A DNA stretch of 64,000 nt from Candidatus Gygaella obscura (GCA_030765485.1 JAVCCR010000032.1:55481-119480); one strand, 5' to 3'; counted from the first letter of the stretch, positions 49,001-59,928 are shown. A program made the numbers and translations. Notes: generated by a model from the sequence alone, not told the origin.

Positions 49001-51313
49001 ATGAATAAAGTCTTTAAGAATCTATTTGTTTTTTGTATTGTGGCTGGTTTATTGTTTGTTAGTATCAATTTATCTTTTGCTTCGGATAAAATAATCAAGA
49101 AGATTGACGTACAAGGCAATAAAAGCATTTCTACGAGTATGATAGTTTCCAAGATAAAGTCACGCGTGGGCTCGGTTTATTTTGAGAATATTGTCGATGA
49201 TGATGTGAAAAGACTTTATAAAGAAGGTTATTTTGACGATATAAAAATAGATGTTGAAGATTATGAAGATGGATTACGTCTGGTGATTAATGTTAAAGAA
49301 CGTTTGATTTTAGAGCGTATAGATTTTAAAGGGAATCGTTATATCAGGAATTCCCGAATTAGAAAGGATTTAAAATCGAAAGAAGGTCAATACGTTAATT
49401 ATAGTGATATTATGGAAGATATAGATATGGTTAAATCGCTTTATGAGAAGAAGGGTTTTTCTCTTGTAGATATAAGTTACACTGAAGATATAAATAAAGA
49501 TGCGGGGAAAGTAATCGTAACTGTTAATATTCAGGAGAAAAGAAGACATAAGATAAGAAGTTTAAATTTTTCCGGTAATGATAGTTTTTCCAGTAAAAGA
49601 TTAATGAAGCTTATCAAGACCAGAAAGGCCGCCTTCTTTAGCTCCGGAGTTTTTAAAGAAGATGTATTTTTACAGGATCAAGAAAGGTTAAGGGCTTTTT
49701 ATATGAACGAAGGGTTTAGCGATGTGAGCGTTGATTCTGAGATTGAATACGGTGCGCTCGATTCGATATATCTGACTTTTCAAATAAAAGAAGGCCCGAG
49801 ATACAATGTTAAAAAAGTAGATTTTAGCGGAAATAAAGTTTTTACTGAGAGAGAGCTTCGTTTGACGTTGGAAAATTGTTTAGAGGGTGCTGTTTATAAC
49901 GAAGACGGTTTACGCAAGGATCAGGCATTGATAAAAGAACTTTATTTTGATGATGGCTATATCGCCGTTAAGGTTGATTACGATGTATTTGCAGACCTAG
50001 AGACAAATGGTGTCAATATTACTTATAATATAGTTGAAAACGAGATTTCTTATGTAAATCTGGTTAAGGTTAGAGGAAACGTAAAGACAAAAGATATCGT
50101 TATAAGACGTGAAATGCGTTTAAAGCCTGGTGATAAATTCGATGGTGAAAAACTTAGGCGTAGTAAAGAGCGTCTTAAAAACCTGGGATTTTTTGATGAG
50201 CAGGAAGGGGTTAATTACGATATAGAAGATACTAATGTTGCGAATAAGAAAAATCTTGTTGTCGAATTAAAAGAAGCAAAGACCGGTGAATTTAGTTTTG
50301 GTGGAGGATATAGTACGGTGGATAAGATGGTAGGGTTTGTTCAGATTGAGCAGAAGAATTTTGATTGGAGGAACTGGCCTTATTTTACAGGAGACGGTCA
50401 GGATCTGCGTTTAAGGGCTGAGTTGGGCTCAATTAGTGATGAGTATATGCTAAGTTTTACAGAGCCTTGGATTTTTGATTATCCAGTTTCTTTCGGTTTC
50501 GATTTATATCGCAGTGCACACGATAGGGATACTGATGTTGGATACTCTTTTGATGAGACCAGAACCGGAGGTGATTTACGTTTGGGAAAAGCATTAGGAG
50601 AATATTTAAGCGCAAGCGCTGTGTATCGTTTGGATAATATCGAGATTACCAATATCGATGATGCTGTAGTAAGCGATATAAAAAAAGAAGAAGGCGAAAA
50701 TGATATCAGTAGTATGAAATTTGGCTTAGGTTATGATACGAGAGATAATGTATTTAGTCCCACAAAGGGTAATATTTTTGGTATAACCCTTGAATGTGCC
50801 GGAGGCCCTTTTGGCGGGGATAAAGATTTTACTAAGGTGATTACCCGCTATAGCCACTTTTTTCCTTTTATGCGAAAATCAACTTTTGAGACTAGATTCT
50901 ATGCAGGTGTTGCCAATGAGTTTGACAGCGCCGATGATGTGCCTATATATGAAAGGTTTTATGCTGGAGGTGCAAATACAATCAGAGGTTATGAGGAAAG
51001 AAAAGTTGGTCCTATTGATTCGGTAACAGAAGATCCGATTGGTGGTAAAGCAATATTTATCGCTAATTTTGAATATCTTTATCCTGTGGTAGATCAGATT
51101 AAGCTAGCAACTTTTTATGATGTGGGAAATGTTTGGAAAAAGTCTAACGATATTTTTAATGGCGGTGATTTAAAATCAAGTGTAGGTTTAGGGTTGCGAA
51201 TCAAGACCCCTATTGGACCAGTTAAGTTAGATTACGGTATTCCGCTTAAAACTGGACCTGGAGAAGAAGGTAAAGGCGGAAGGTTTCATTTTAGCGCAGG
51301 ACAAACATTCTAA
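49001..51313 (+). CDS. bamA: outer membrane protein assembly factor BamA
   Basis: 770 aa with a signal peptide, POTRA repeats, and a C-terminal Omp85 barrel ending ...RFHFSAGQTF. Confidence 0.9.
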   Translation: MNKVFKNLFVFCIVAGLLFVSINLSFASDKIIKKIDVQGNKSISTSMIVSKIKSRVGSVYFENIVDDDVKRLYKEGYFDDIKIDVEDYEDGLRLVINVKERLILERIDFKGNRYIRNSRIRKDLKSKEGQYVNYSDIMEDIDMVKSLYEKKGFSLVDISYTEDINKDAGKVIVTVNIQEKRRHKIRSLNFSGNDSFSSKRLMKLIKTRKAAFFSSGVFKEDVFLQDQERLRAFYMNEGFSDVSVDSEIEYGALDSIYLTFQIKEGPRYNVKKVDFSGNKVFTERELRLTLENCLEGAVYNEDGLRKDQALIKELYFDDGYIAVKVDYDVFADLETNGVNITYNIVENEISYVNLVKVRGNVKTKDIVIRREMRLKPGDKFDGEKLRRSKERLKNLGFFDEQEGVNYDIEDTNVANKKNLVVELKEAKTGEFSFGGGYSTVDKMVGFVQIEQKNFDWRNWPYFTGDGQDLRLRAELGSISDEYMLSFTEPWIFDYPVSFGFDLYRSAHDRDTDVGYSFDETRTGGDLRLGKALGEYLSASAVYRLDNIEITNIDDAVVSDIKKEEGENDISSMKFGLGYDTRDNVFSPTKGNIFGITLECAGGPFGGDKDFTKVITRYSHFFPFMRKSTFETRFYAGVANEFDSADDVPIYERFYAGGANTIRGYEERKVGPIDSVTEDPIGGKAIFIANFEYLYPVVDQIKLATFYDVGNVWKKSNDIFNGGDLKSSVGLGLRIKTPIGPVKLDYGIPLKTGPGEEGKGGRFHFSAGQTF

Positions 51314-51332
51314 ATTAATCAAGGAGGGTATT

Positions 51333-51824
51333 TTGCAAAGAATAAGACCAATAGCAATTTTGTTTATTTTAACTTTTTTAGTTTCCAATGTTTTGTATGC
51401 TGCAGAAGGTTTGGTTTACATGGATCTTAAGAAGGTCTTAGCCAGTTACGCAAAAACCAAGAAGTATGATTCTGCTCTTGAAAAAGAACAAAAGGAATAT
51501 AAGTCTTCCATGGAAAAGAAAGTAGCCGAGTTAAAAAAGATGCAGAGTGCATTATCGGTTTTAAACGAGAACGAGAAAGCAAAAAAGCAGGAAGTTATCG
51601 AGCAGAAACTAAGAGATCTGAGGAATTTTGAAGAAATCAAACAAAGTGAGATAAGTAAGGAATATAATTTAAAGATGAAAGATATTTTTGATGATATTGA
51701 TGTGGTAATAAAATTGGTTGCAGAGAAGAAAGGTTATTCTTTGGTTTTAGATGAGCGTTTTTTGCTTTATGCAGACGATAATCATGAGATAACTGATGAA
51801 ATAATAAAGGAATTGAATAAGTAA
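51333..51824 (+). CDS. skp: periplasmic chaperone Skp/OmpH
   Basis: 163 aa with a signal peptide and coiled-coil. Conserved position between bamA and lpxD. Confidence 0.75.
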   Translation: MQRIRPIAILFILTFLVSNVLYAAEGLVYMDLKKVLASYAKTKKYDSALEKEQKEYKSSMEKKVAELKKMQSALSVLNENEKAKKQEVIEQKLRDLRNFEEIKQSEISKEYNLKMKDIFDDIDVVIKLVAEKKGYSLVLDERFLLYADDNHEITDEIIKELNK

Positions 51825-51831
51825 TAAGTTT

Positions 51832-52878
51832 ATGCAAAAAAAACTCAGTGAGATTGCTTTATTTATTAATGGTAGGCTTTTCGGAGACGGCGGTATTATC
51901 GTAAATGGAGTTAATGGAATAGAACGGGCAGGAAAAGATGAAATAACATTTCTTGCAAATTCCAAGTACACGGGTTTTTTGAATAATACTAAAGCTGCCT
52001 GTGTAATTACATCTTGTGAGCTTCCCAGGGGATTAAAAACCGCTTATATCTTGGTCAAGGATGCTTCTATTGCTTTTAGCAAGGTTATTGCGTTATTTAA
52101 ACCTGAAGTTAAGCAGTGTTTTTTTGGTATAAGCGATAAGGCTCAGATTGCAAAAAGCGCTAAAATTGGTAAGAATGTTTCTATTGGTAGTTTTACAACT
52201 ATAGAAGATGGTGTTTCTATTGGTGATGATTGTATAATTTATTCTAATTGTTCTATAGGTAAAAATACAAGTATTGGCAGTGGTAGTTTATTTTATTCTA
52301 ATGTTACAATAAGAGAAGATATAATTATTGGCAAAAGGGTTATTATACAAAGTGCAGCAGTTATCGGTTCTGACGGTTTTGGTTTTGTAAATATAGGTGG
52401 TAAACATGAGAAGGTTCCTCAGACAGGTATTGTGGTTATTGAGGATGATGTAGAAGTAGGTGCAGGAACCACTATTGACCGCGCGCGTTTTGATAAGACT
52501 TTAATTAGCGAGGGAACAAAGATCGATAACTTAGTTCAGATAGCCCACAATGTTGTTATTGGCAAAAATTGTATAATAGTTGCTCAGGTGGGGATTTCAG
52601 GAAGTACTAATATAGGCGATAATACTATTATTGCTGGGCAAGCCGGGGTTGCTGGTCATCTGAATATTGGTAAAAATGTTTTAATTTATGGTAAAGCAGG
52701 GGTAACTAAGGACGTAAAGGATAATCAGCAGGTTTCCGGTTATCCTGCAAAAGATCATTCTTTGTCGAGGAAAATGCATGTTTATATTAATAAATTGCCA
52801 AGACTCAATGAAGAATTGAAACAAATAAAAGAGTCTTTAGCAGAGGTTAAGAAATTAAGCGAGGAGAATAAGAAGTGA
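51832..52878 (+). CDS. lpxD: UDP-3-O-acylglucosamine N-acyltransferase
   Basis: 348 aa with hexapeptide-repeat left-handed beta-helix. Confidence 0.9.
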   Translation: MQKKLSEIALFINGRLFGDGGIIVNGVNGIERAGKDEITFLANSKYTGFLNNTKAACVITSCELPRGLKTAYILVKDASIAFSKVIALFKPEVKQCFFGISDKAQIAKSAKIGKNVSIGSFTTIEDGVSIGDDCIIYSNCSIGKNTSIGSGSLFYSNVTIREDIIIGKRVIIQSAAVIGSDGFGFVNIGGKHEKVPQTGIVVIEDDVEVGAGTTIDRARFDKTLISEGTKIDNLVQIAHNVVIGKNCIIVAQVGISGSTNIGDNTIIAGQAGVAGHLNIGKNVLIYGKAGVTKDVKDNQQVSGYPAKDHSLSRKMHVYINKLPRLNEELKQIKESLAEVKKLSEENKK

Positions 52879-54197
52879 ATAATAAACAGTGCACCATAGC
52901 TAAACCTATTTCTTTTGAAGGTAAGGGTTTGCATACTGGTAAAAAGATTAAGGTGACGATTAAACCTGCGCCGGCTGATTCAGGCATAAATTTTACTAGG
53001 TTAGATTTGAATAATAGGCTTACGATTAAGACTATTGTTGAAAGCGTGTTGGATCTTCCCCGTAGTCCTCGCCGTACTTCTATTGGCATTGATTGTGCTC
53101 ATGTGCATACCATAGAACATTTTATGGCTGCGTTGTTTTGCAGGGGAATTGATAATCTTTTTGTTGAACTTGATAATGAAGAGTTGCCTGGTTTTGACGG
53201 AAGCGGTAAAGGATTTATAGATATATTATCTAAAGCAGAATTAAAAGAACAGGATTCTAATAAAAATTATTTTTTGGTAAAAGAGCCTGTTTTTATTGAT
53301 GATAAGGATTCGTTTATTGCAATTTTCCCCAGCAACGAATTAAGGATAAGCTACACCTTAAGTTACAACCATTCTTTTTTAAATTGTCAATATATGGATC
53401 TAGTGGTAACTCCAGAGTCTGTGGCAAGAGAGATAATCTCTGCTAGGACATTTTGTCTTGAAGAAGAGGCGGAGCTTCTTAAGCGCAGCGGCTTGGGTAA
53501 AGGTGCAGATTATAGCAATACTTTGGTTGTTGGTGAAAAAGGCGTGCTGAAGAATAAATTGCGTTTTGAGGATGAGTTTGTAAGGCATAAGATCTTAGAT
53601 CTCATCGGTGATTTAAGTCTTTTCGGTATGGGGCTAAAGGCGCATATTGTGGCATTAAAAAGCGGCCATAATCTTAATATAAAACTTTTAAGAAAATTAC
53701 GAAATCAGCAGGTAAAATATCAAACCAGCGCAGTGGGTTCTGTTAGTGGATTTACTGTTGAGCAGGGAGATGTTTTAAGCGTTGAGCAAATACAGAAAAT
53801 ACTGCCGCATAGAAATCCGTTTTTATTCCTGGATAAGGTTATTGAGATTGTTCCGGGAAAACGTGCAGTTGGTATAAAAAATGTAACCATGAACGACTAT
53901 TTTTTTAAAGGACATTTTCCGCAGCGTCCGGTTATGCCGGGAGTAATTATTGTTGAGGCTATGGCACAGCTGGGAGGGGTGTTGATGCTTTCTGAAGCAG
54001 GGAATAAAGGTAAATTAGCTTTTTTTATGGCAATAAGTAATGCCAAATTCCGCAAGCCTGTTGTTCCCGGTGATCAGCTGGTTATGGAGGTAGAAGCAGG
54101 TAAAATTAAATCCCGCACAGGGCAGGTTTTTACAAAGGCATATGTTGATAATAAACTTGTTGCCGAAGCAGATCTTATGTTCGCATTAGTTGAATAA
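52875..54197 (+). CDS. lpxC-fabZ: bifunctional UDP-3-O-acyl-GlcNAc deacetylase / 3-hydroxyacyl-ACP dehydratase (LpxC-FabZ fusion)
   Basis: The N-terminal ~290 aa are LpxC ([15 protein letters not shown]). The C-terminal ~140 aa are FabZ hotdog ([19 protein letters not shown]). Confidence 0.9.
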   Translation: MNNKQCTIAKPISFEGKGLHTGKKIKVTIKPAPADSGINFTRLDLNNRLTIKTIVESVLDLPRSPRRTSIGIDCAHVHTIEHFMAALFCRGIDNLFVELDNEELPGFDGSGKGFIDILSKAELKEQDSNKNYFLVKEPVFIDDKDSFIAIFPSNELRISYTLSYNHSFLNCQYMDLVVTPESVAREIISARTFCLEEEAELLKRSGLGKGADYSNTLVVGEKGVLKNKLRFEDEFVRHKILDLIGDLSLFGMGLKAHIVALKSGHNLNIKLLRKLRNQQVKYQTSAVGSVSGFTVEQGDVLSVEQIQKILPHRNPFLFLDKVIEIVPGKRAVGIKNVTMNDYFFKGHFPQRPVMPGVIIVEAMAQLGGVLMLSEAGNKGKLAFFMAISNAKFRKPVVPGDQLVMEVEAGKIKSRTGQVFTKAYVDNKLVAEADLMFALVE

Positions 54198-54202
54198 TTA
54201 AT

Positions 54203-54982
54203 ATGATCGATAAAACCGCTATAGTATCAAAAAAAGCAAAATTGGGTTCTTTTGTTACTGTGGGCGCATTCAGTATTATTGGAGATGGCGTTGAAATAGG
54301 CTCTAATGTTCAGATTGGAAATCATTGTAATATAATTGGTAATACTTCTATAGGGGATAGTTGTAAAATTCTTACCGGTGCTGTTGTGGGTAGTATCCCT
54401 CAGGATTTAAAATATAAAGGCGAAAAAAGTTTTTTAAATATAGGCAATAAGAATATAATCCGCGAATACGTAACTATTAATCCTGGTACAAGCGAAGGTT
54501 CTTCTACGAGAATCGGAAACGATAATTTATTTATGGCATATTCACATGTTGCGCATGATTGTAAAGTTGGTAATAATTGTACTATTGCTAATAGCGGTAC
54601 ATTGGCCGGACATGTAGTTATTGAGGATTGCGTAGTTATAGGTGGTTTGGCCGCAATACATCAATTTTGTCGGATCGGAAAGTTTTCTATTATTGGCGGT
54701 TGTTCTAAAGTAGTGCAGGATGTTATTCCATTTTCAATGTGTGATGGTAATCCAGCAAGGATCTGCGGTATTAATTTAGTGGGATTAAGAAGATCAGGTT
54801 TTAATAGAGAAGAGATAATTGATATAAAAAAGTCAATTAAGCTTCTATTTTTTTCCGGACACGTAAAAGCGAAAGCGCTAGTGCAGATAAAAGATTCTGT
54901 TGATTTATCAGAGAATATAGGTCATTTGATAGATTTTGTACAATCTTCTCAGAGAGGCTTATGTCGGTCCAAAAAAGAGTAA
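54203..54982 (+). CDS. lpxA: acyl-ACP--UDP-GlcNAc O-acyltransferase
   Basis: 259 aa with hexapeptide repeats and a LpxA C-terminal helical domain. Confidence 0.9.
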   Translation: MIDKTAIVSKKAKLGSFVTVGAFSIIGDGVEIGSNVQIGNHCNIIGNTSIGDSCKILTGAVVGSIPQDLKYKGEKSFLNIGNKNIIREYVTINPGTSEGSSTRIGNDNLFMAYSHVAHDCKVGNNCTIANSGTLAGHVVIEDCVVIGGLAAIHQFCRIGKFSIIGGCSKVVQDVIPFSMCDGNPARICGINLVGLRRSGFNREEIIDIKKSIKLLFFSGHVKAKALVQIKDSVDLSENIGHLIDFVQSSQRGLCRSKKE

Positions 54983-55779
54983 GAATCGGTTTAATCGCCG
55001 GTAATGGTCGTTTCCCCATACTATTTGCTGAATCAGCAAAAAATCACAATGTCGATATTATCTGTGTTGCCGTCAAGCAAGAAACATCATCTTCAATAAA
55101 AAAAATCGTGGATAGAATATTCTGGTTGAATATTGCTGAGTATTTAAAACTTGTCGATATTTTCAAATCTGAAGGTATTACAAGAGTTGTTATGGCAGGG
55201 CAAATCAATCCTCTCAAGCTTTTTAGCAAAACAGCCACTGAAAATAGTCAGTTATCAAGTTTTCTTTCCTCTTTAAAGGATAAAAGAGCTGATACCGTAT
55301 TCGGTGCAATAGCAGATTTGCTGCAGAATAATAATATCAATCTGCAAGACTCTCGTATGTTTCTTGAAGATTATATTCCGAAAAAAGGAGTATTGACTAG
55401 TAGACAGCCAACGAATTCGGAAAAAAATGATATTGAATTTGGTTTTAATATTGCCAAGACAATAGGTTCGGTAGATATAGGACAGACAGTAGTGATTAAG
55501 AATAAGGTTGTTGTTGCCGTTGAGGCAATAGAGGGGTCTGATCGGACTATAATGCGTGCTGGTCGTATTGCCGGGAGAGGATGCATTATCGTAAAGACAA
55601 ATAAGCCTAATCAGGATATGCGTTTTGATATTCCTTTGGTCGGTTTAAAAACTATTAAGAATCTGATTCGTATAAAGGCGACTTGCTTAGCAGTTGAAGC
55701 TGAGAAAACTATTATATTGGATAAAGATTCATGTGTTAAGATGGCAGATAAAAATTCAATCGCTATAATCGCTTTATAA
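54961..55779 (+). CDS. lpxI: UDP-2,3-diacylglucosamine hydrolase, LpxI (DUF1009) type
   Basis: 272 aa beginning RIGLIAGNGRFPILFAE. Sits where lpxH/lpxI occurs in lipid A clusters. Confidence 0.7.
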   Translation: MSVQKRVRIGLIAGNGRFPILFAESAKNHNVDIICVAVKQETSSSIKKIVDRIFWLNIAEYLKLVDIFKSEGITRVVMAGQINPLKLFSKTATENSQLSSFLSSLKDKRADTVFGAIADLLQNNNINLQDSRMFLEDYIPKKGVLTSRQPTNSEKNDIEFGFNIAKTIGSVDIGQTVVIKNKVVVAVEAIEGSDRTIMRAGRIAGRGCIIVKTNKPNQDMRFDIPLVGLKTIKNLIRIKATCLAVEAEKTIILDKDSCVKMADKNSIAIIAL

Positions 55780-55819
55780 CTGGTGTTTAAATATTCTATT
55801 AAATATGATTGTTAACTAC

Positions 55820-55843
55820 AGCCTGATTAAACAGGCTTTTTTT
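55820..55843 (+). terminator. Rho-independent terminator after lpxI
   Basis: AGCCTG-ATTAAA-CAGGCT hairpin (6 bp stem) followed by a run of 6-7 T. Confidence 0.6.
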
Positions 55844-55848
55844 ATAGA

Positions 55849-56469
55849 ATGTTGAAAACAATAAAAATAGTTTTTGAAGATAGGTATATGGCTGTTTTTT
55901 ATAAGCCAGCTGATTTAATCGTAAACGCAAATAATAAAGAGCGTTCTTTGACTGATATTATAAATAAAGAGCTTGAACGAAGTTCTTGTGAAAAGTATTA
56001 TCCTTGCCATAGGCTCGATAAACAGACCTCGGGGTTGATACTCTATGCTAAGGGAAAAGAAATACGTGATCAATTGATGAATCTATTTAGAAAACGACAA
56101 ATAAAGAAAAGTTACGTCGCTTTCTTACATGGCAGCTTAAAAAAAAGCAGGATAAGTATAAACGATAAAATTGATGGTAAAGAGAGCATTTCGATAGTAA
56201 AAGTGAAATTTCAAAAGAAAAAGTTTGCTATAGTTGAACTTATTCCTTTGACTGGCAGAAAGAATCAGCTGAGGATACATTGTAAGAAGATATACCATCC
56301 TATAGTAGGAGAGCGTAAATTTATTTTTGCTAAGGATTATGATCTTAGGTTTAAAAGGCTGGCGCTTCATGCTTATAAATTAGCTTTTAAGCATCCAGTA
56401 AATAAGAAAATGATTAGTTTAGAGATCGGTTTACCTAACGAGATGAAAGAATTTATAAAAAGTAATTAA
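55849..56469 (+). CDS. RluA-family pseudouridine synthase (short, no S4 domain)
   Basis: 206 aa with the catalytic HRLDKQTSGL. Confidence 0.75.
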   Translation: MLKTIKIVFEDRYMAVFYKPADLIVNANNKERSLTDIINKELERSSCEKYYPCHRLDKQTSGLILYAKGKEIRDQLMNLFRKRQIKKSYVAFLHGSLKKSRISINDKIDGKESISIVKVKFQKKKFAIVELIPLTGRKNQLRIHCKKIYHPIVGERKFIFAKDYDLRFKRLALHAYKLAFKHPVNKKMISLEIGLPNEMKEFIKSN

Positions 56470-56483
56470 TCTAGAGAGAGGTT

Positions 56484-57221
56484 ATGAACTTAAAATTTAT
56501 TTTATTGGGTTTAGCGCAGGGAGTGAGTGAATTTCTTCCAATAAGCAGCTCCGGTCATCTGGTTTTGATTCAGAATATTTTTAATCTTAAAGAAATGCTT
56601 TTTTTTGATATTATTGTTCATTTTGCAAGTCTAATTGCGATTCTGTTGGTTTTTAGAAAAAGGTTTCTATCTTTAACTGTAAGAAAAATTCTATTTTTGT
56701 TTATTGCCAGCATACCAACGATGCTGCTTTATTTGGTCTTAAAGCAATATATCGGTTCATTATTTAATGATTTAGACTTTATTTGGTTATTTTTTCTTTT
56801 AACTGGTTGTATTATTTATTCTACTAAGTTTTCTCGTCCCAAAAAAGACATAAATTTAATTTCTGCTATTTTAATAGGAATAGCGCAGGCACTGGCTTTA
56901 TTCCCCGGTGTTTCACGTTCAGGAGCAACAATTTCAGTAGGCCTTTTACACAGGCTTCAAAGAAAAGAGGCTGTTGAATTCTCGTTTATGTTGGGTGCGA
57001 TTGCAATTTTAGGGGCAACTCTTTTGGAGTATAAGGAAATAGTTGCCATTGATAACGTTTTGGTATTTCCTACTGTTTTAGGATTCTTCGCAAGTTTAAT
57101 CGCCAGCATCATTGCCTTAAAGATCGTAGTGAAATTTGTTGAGAATTCACAGTTTTATCGATTCGGATATTATTGTTGGTTTATGGCAGGGGTAAGTTTA
57201 AGCGTAAAGTTTTTCTTTTAA
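56484..57221 (+). CDS. uppP: undecaprenyl-diphosphate phosphatase
   Basis: 245 aa polytopic membrane protein with GVSRSGATI. Confidence 0.85.
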   Translation: MNLKFILLGLAQGVSEFLPISSSGHLVLIQNIFNLKEMLFFDIIVHFASLIAILLVFRKRFLSLTVRKILFLFIASIPTMLLYLVLKQYIGSLFNDLDFIWLFFLLTGCIIYSTKFSRPKKDINLISAILIGIAQALALFPGVSRSGATISVGLLHRLQRKEAVEFSFMLGAIAILGATLLEYKEIVAIDNVLVFPTVLGFFASLIASIIALKIVVKFVENSQFYRFGYYCWFMAGVSLSVKFFF

Positions 57222-57223
57222 TT

Positions 57224-59038
57224 ATGAATGATATTTTAAGTAGTTTATCTAAAGAGAAATGGAAGAGAATTGGTACAAATAGGCGCTCCGGTATGCTTAT
57301 TCCGCTTTTTTGCGTTTATTCTAAAGATAGCTTAGGAATAGGTGACTTTTCAGATCTTAGGTTGGTTGTGGATTTTGTCTGTCTTTGTAGGAATTCAATA
57401 GTTCAGCTTTTACCGATGAACGAATTGGGTATGGATTTTTGTCCTTATGATTCATTAAGTTCTTTTGCCCTGGAACCGGCTTATGTTAGCTTTAGGGAAT
57501 TATTTGTGGGTAAGAATATCGATCTGAAACTATATATTGATAAGCTTAAGAAACAATTGCCTGATAGAACCACTCATTTAGATTATAAAGTTAAGGATTT
57601 AAAATTAAAGTTTTTAAAGTTGATATTTGAAGAGCAGAAGAATGTTTCTTCTGCTGAATTCGAGCAGTTTAAAGAAGATAATTCTTATTGGGTTGAAGAT
57701 TTTTGTTTGTTTAAGGTATTGAAGGATTTTCATAAAGGGCTTGCTTGGCATAAATGGCAGCAACCGTTTAAGGATAGAGAACACTCTGCCTTAGAAAAAT
57801 TTAAAATTGAAAACAAAATTGGTTTGGAATTTCAGGTATGGGTACAATGGCAGCTCTATCGTCAGTTTAAGAGCTCAAAAGAATATGCCAATAAAAGAGG
57901 TGTTTATATAAAAGGAGATTTGCCTATATTGGTTTCACGCGATAGTGCAGAAGTATGGGCAAAAAGAGATTTTTTTAAATTACATTTATCAGCTGGTGCG
58001 CCTGTGGATATGTATTGTGCTAAGGGACAGCGTTGGGGTATGCCTACTTATAATTGGGAAAATATCGCAAGAGATGGATATGGTTTTATAAAGGAAAGAC
58101 TTGCTTATGCCGAAAACTTCTACGATATGGTAAGGCTTGATCATGTTGTGGGTTTATTTAGAATATGGAGCATTCCTTTTGAGGAACCTTTAGAAAATCA
58201 AGGAATGAATGGTTTTTTCGACCCAGAGGATGAATTTATTTGGCTAAAGCATGGCAAAGATATTCTTTCTGCTATGCTTGCTTCAACAGATATGCTTATT
58301 TGTGCAGAGGATTTAGGCACAGTACCGGAAGGATGTGCGGATATATTAAAAGAACTAGGTATTCCAGGCAACGATATACAGCGTTGGATGAAGAATTGGT
58401 TTGATTCGCATGATTTCATAAGTCCTTCTGATTACAGGGAGATTTCAGTTGCCATGCTTTCTACGCATGATACAACCAATTGGTTTGGCTGGTGGGAATT
58501 TGAAGCCGGAACTATAGACGAAAGTATTTTTGAGAGATTTTGTTTAGAGAAAAATATAAACTTTTCTAATATTAAAGAGAAATTGTTTTCGCGAGATTTG
58601 TCTAGTTACGGAAGGCTTCGTTGGCTTGATTCTGTGGATTCGGTAAAGAAATTATCTGAATATTTATCACAACCCGTAAAGTATTTGTATCAAATTATGA
58701 ATATGTACCTGGATACTTTTAAGGAAAAGGATAAATTATTGACGCAGTTTAAGCTGCAGATTCCTTATCAGGAAAAATGTTCTCAAAGTATTATTTTTGG
58801 AGCCTATAAAAAGAATATGGAGGCGAGATGTATTTTTTGCATCCAATCAATTATTGATATATTATATATGATAGGTATATTAAAAGATGATTCATATAAT
58901 AACAGGTTTAATATCCCCGGAACTATCAATTCGAAAAATTGGTCTTTATTGTTGCCGGTTTCAATCGAAGAATTACTTGAATCGAATTTGATAGGTAAGG
59001 TAAAAGAAGTTACTCTCTCATCAGGTAGAGCAGTCTAA
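57224..59038 (+). CDS. malQ: 4-alpha-glucanotransferase (amylomaltase, GH77)
   Basis: Start set at ATG 57224 just after the uppP stop. GH77-like throughout (RxDHVxG, GxPxYNW). Confidence 0.85.
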   Translation: MNDILSSLSKEKWKRIGTNRRSGMLIPLFCVYSKDSLGIGDFSDLRLVVDFVCLCRNSIVQLLPMNELGMDFCPYDSLSSFALEPAYVSFRELFVGKNIDLKLYIDKLKKQLPDRTTHLDYKVKDLKLKFLKLIFEEQKNVSSAEFEQFKEDNSYWVEDFCLFKVLKDFHKGLAWHKWQQPFKDREHSALEKFKIENKIGLEFQVWVQWQLYRQFKSSKEYANKRGVYIKGDLPILVSRDSAEVWAKRDFFKLHLSAGAPVDMYCAKGQRWGMPTYNWENIARDGYGFIKERLAYAENFYDMVRLDHVVGLFRIWSIPFEEPLENQGMNGFFDPEDEFIWLKHGKDILSAMLASTDMLICAEDLGTVPEGCADILKELGIPGNDIQRWMKNWFDSHDFISPSDYREISVAMLSTHDTTNWFGWWEFEAGTIDESIFERFCLEKNINFSNIKEKLFSRDLSSYGRLRWLDSVDSVKKLSEYLSQPVKYLYQIMNMYLDTFKEKDKLLTQFKLQIPYQEKCSQSIIFGAYKKNMEARCIFCIQSIIDILYMIGILKDDSYNNRFNIPGTINSKNWSLLLPVSIEELLESNLIGKVKEVTLSSGRAV

Positions 59039-59052
59039 AAGAAAGGTTTAAT

Positions 59053-59646
59053 ATGAAAAATACACTGAGAAAACATTTTCTAACCGGTTTGTTGGCTGTA
59101 GTGCCGGTTTTTTTGACTATCTATGTTTTAGTTATAATATTTCAGTTTATCGATAATCTAACAGGTAGGTTTATAAATAGCTATATTAGAAGTCAGCTTG
59201 GGTTTTATATTCCTGGCCTTGGTTTTATAATTTTCTTTATTTTTATATTTTTGGTTGGTTTTGTAGCCAATATATTAATTGGTAGAAGAATGTTTCTTTT
59301 TTTTGAGAAATGGTTTAAGAGTCTGCCATTTGTAAACAAGATATATCCTGCTTTTAAACAGATAGTATCTTTTTTGTTACAGCAGCAAGAATCTAAGTTT
59401 AAAAAGGTTGTTTTAGTTGAGTACCCCAGAAAAGGAATTTGGTCGATTGGTTTTCTTACAAATGACAATACACAGACTTTTCTAAATGAAGTCGGAAAAG
59501 ATCTGGTTTCCATTTTTATTCCTAGTTCTCCGGGGCCATTAACAGGGTATGTTTTATTTTTTCCGAGAGAAGAATTAAAATTTTTAGATATTAGTGTTAC
59601 CGATGCTTTGAAAGTAATTTTTTCCGGAGGCATTATTAGAAAGTAA
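59053..59646 (+). CDS. DUF502-family membrane protein
   Basis: 197 aa with two N-terminal TM helices and a DUF502-like body. Confidence 0.7.
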   Translation: MKNTLRKHFLTGLLAVVPVFLTIYVLVIIFQFIDNLTGRFINSYIRSQLGFYIPGLGFIIFFIFIFLVGFVANILIGRRMFLFFEKWFKSLPFVNKIYPAFKQIVSFLLQQQESKFKKVVLVEYPRKGIWSIGFLTNDNTQTFLNEVGKDLVSIFIPSSPGPLTGYVLFFPREELKFLDISVTDALKVIFSGGIIRK

Positions 59647-59718
59647 TGCAAATTTTGAGATTAATTAAATCCAGGTGTTCAGCACAAAAGTTTAAAAATA
59701 GATTTATGTTGGTTGGGG

Positions 59719-59758
59719 CAGATATCGAAGCGAAAAAAAAGATTTTTTTAGATATCTG
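59719..59758. repeat. perfect 8-bp inverted repeat CAGATATC / GATATCTG around a 24-nt A/T-symmetric loop; one of three GATATC palindromes in 59719-59809
   Basis: Read directly from the sequence. GATATC also occurs at 59751-59756 and 59803-59808 (the latter within GGATATCC). Confidence 0.5.
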
Positions 59759-59882
59759 GGTTTATTAAACGATTTAGAACTAGCTGTTTTTTATTGTTCA
59801 TGGATATCCGGAAGCAAAGAACGCTAAAGGGGAAAGGCTAGTTATTAGAGGGTTAATAATAGGCTAAAAAAAAGAAATATAC

Positions 59883-59910
59883 TTGACAAAAACTAGTTAG
59901 TTTATATAAT
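59883..59910 (+). promoter_or_regulatory. sigma70-type promoter TTGACA-16-TATAAT upstream of speH
   Basis: TTGACA at 59883-59888 and TATAAT at 59905-59910, 18 nt upstream of ATG 59929. Confidence 0.55.
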
Positions 59911-59928
59911 AAAAGTGGAAGATAAAAT

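Noticed and set aside
59790-59830. Possible SRP (4.5S) RNA because of CCGGAAG resembling the domain IV GGAA tetraloop region
   Set aside because: The flanking sequence does not reproduce the conserved AGCAGCC/GGCAGA symmetric-loop motifs, and no convincing long hairpin can be drawn. I treated it as a coincidental match within a palindrome (GGATATCC).
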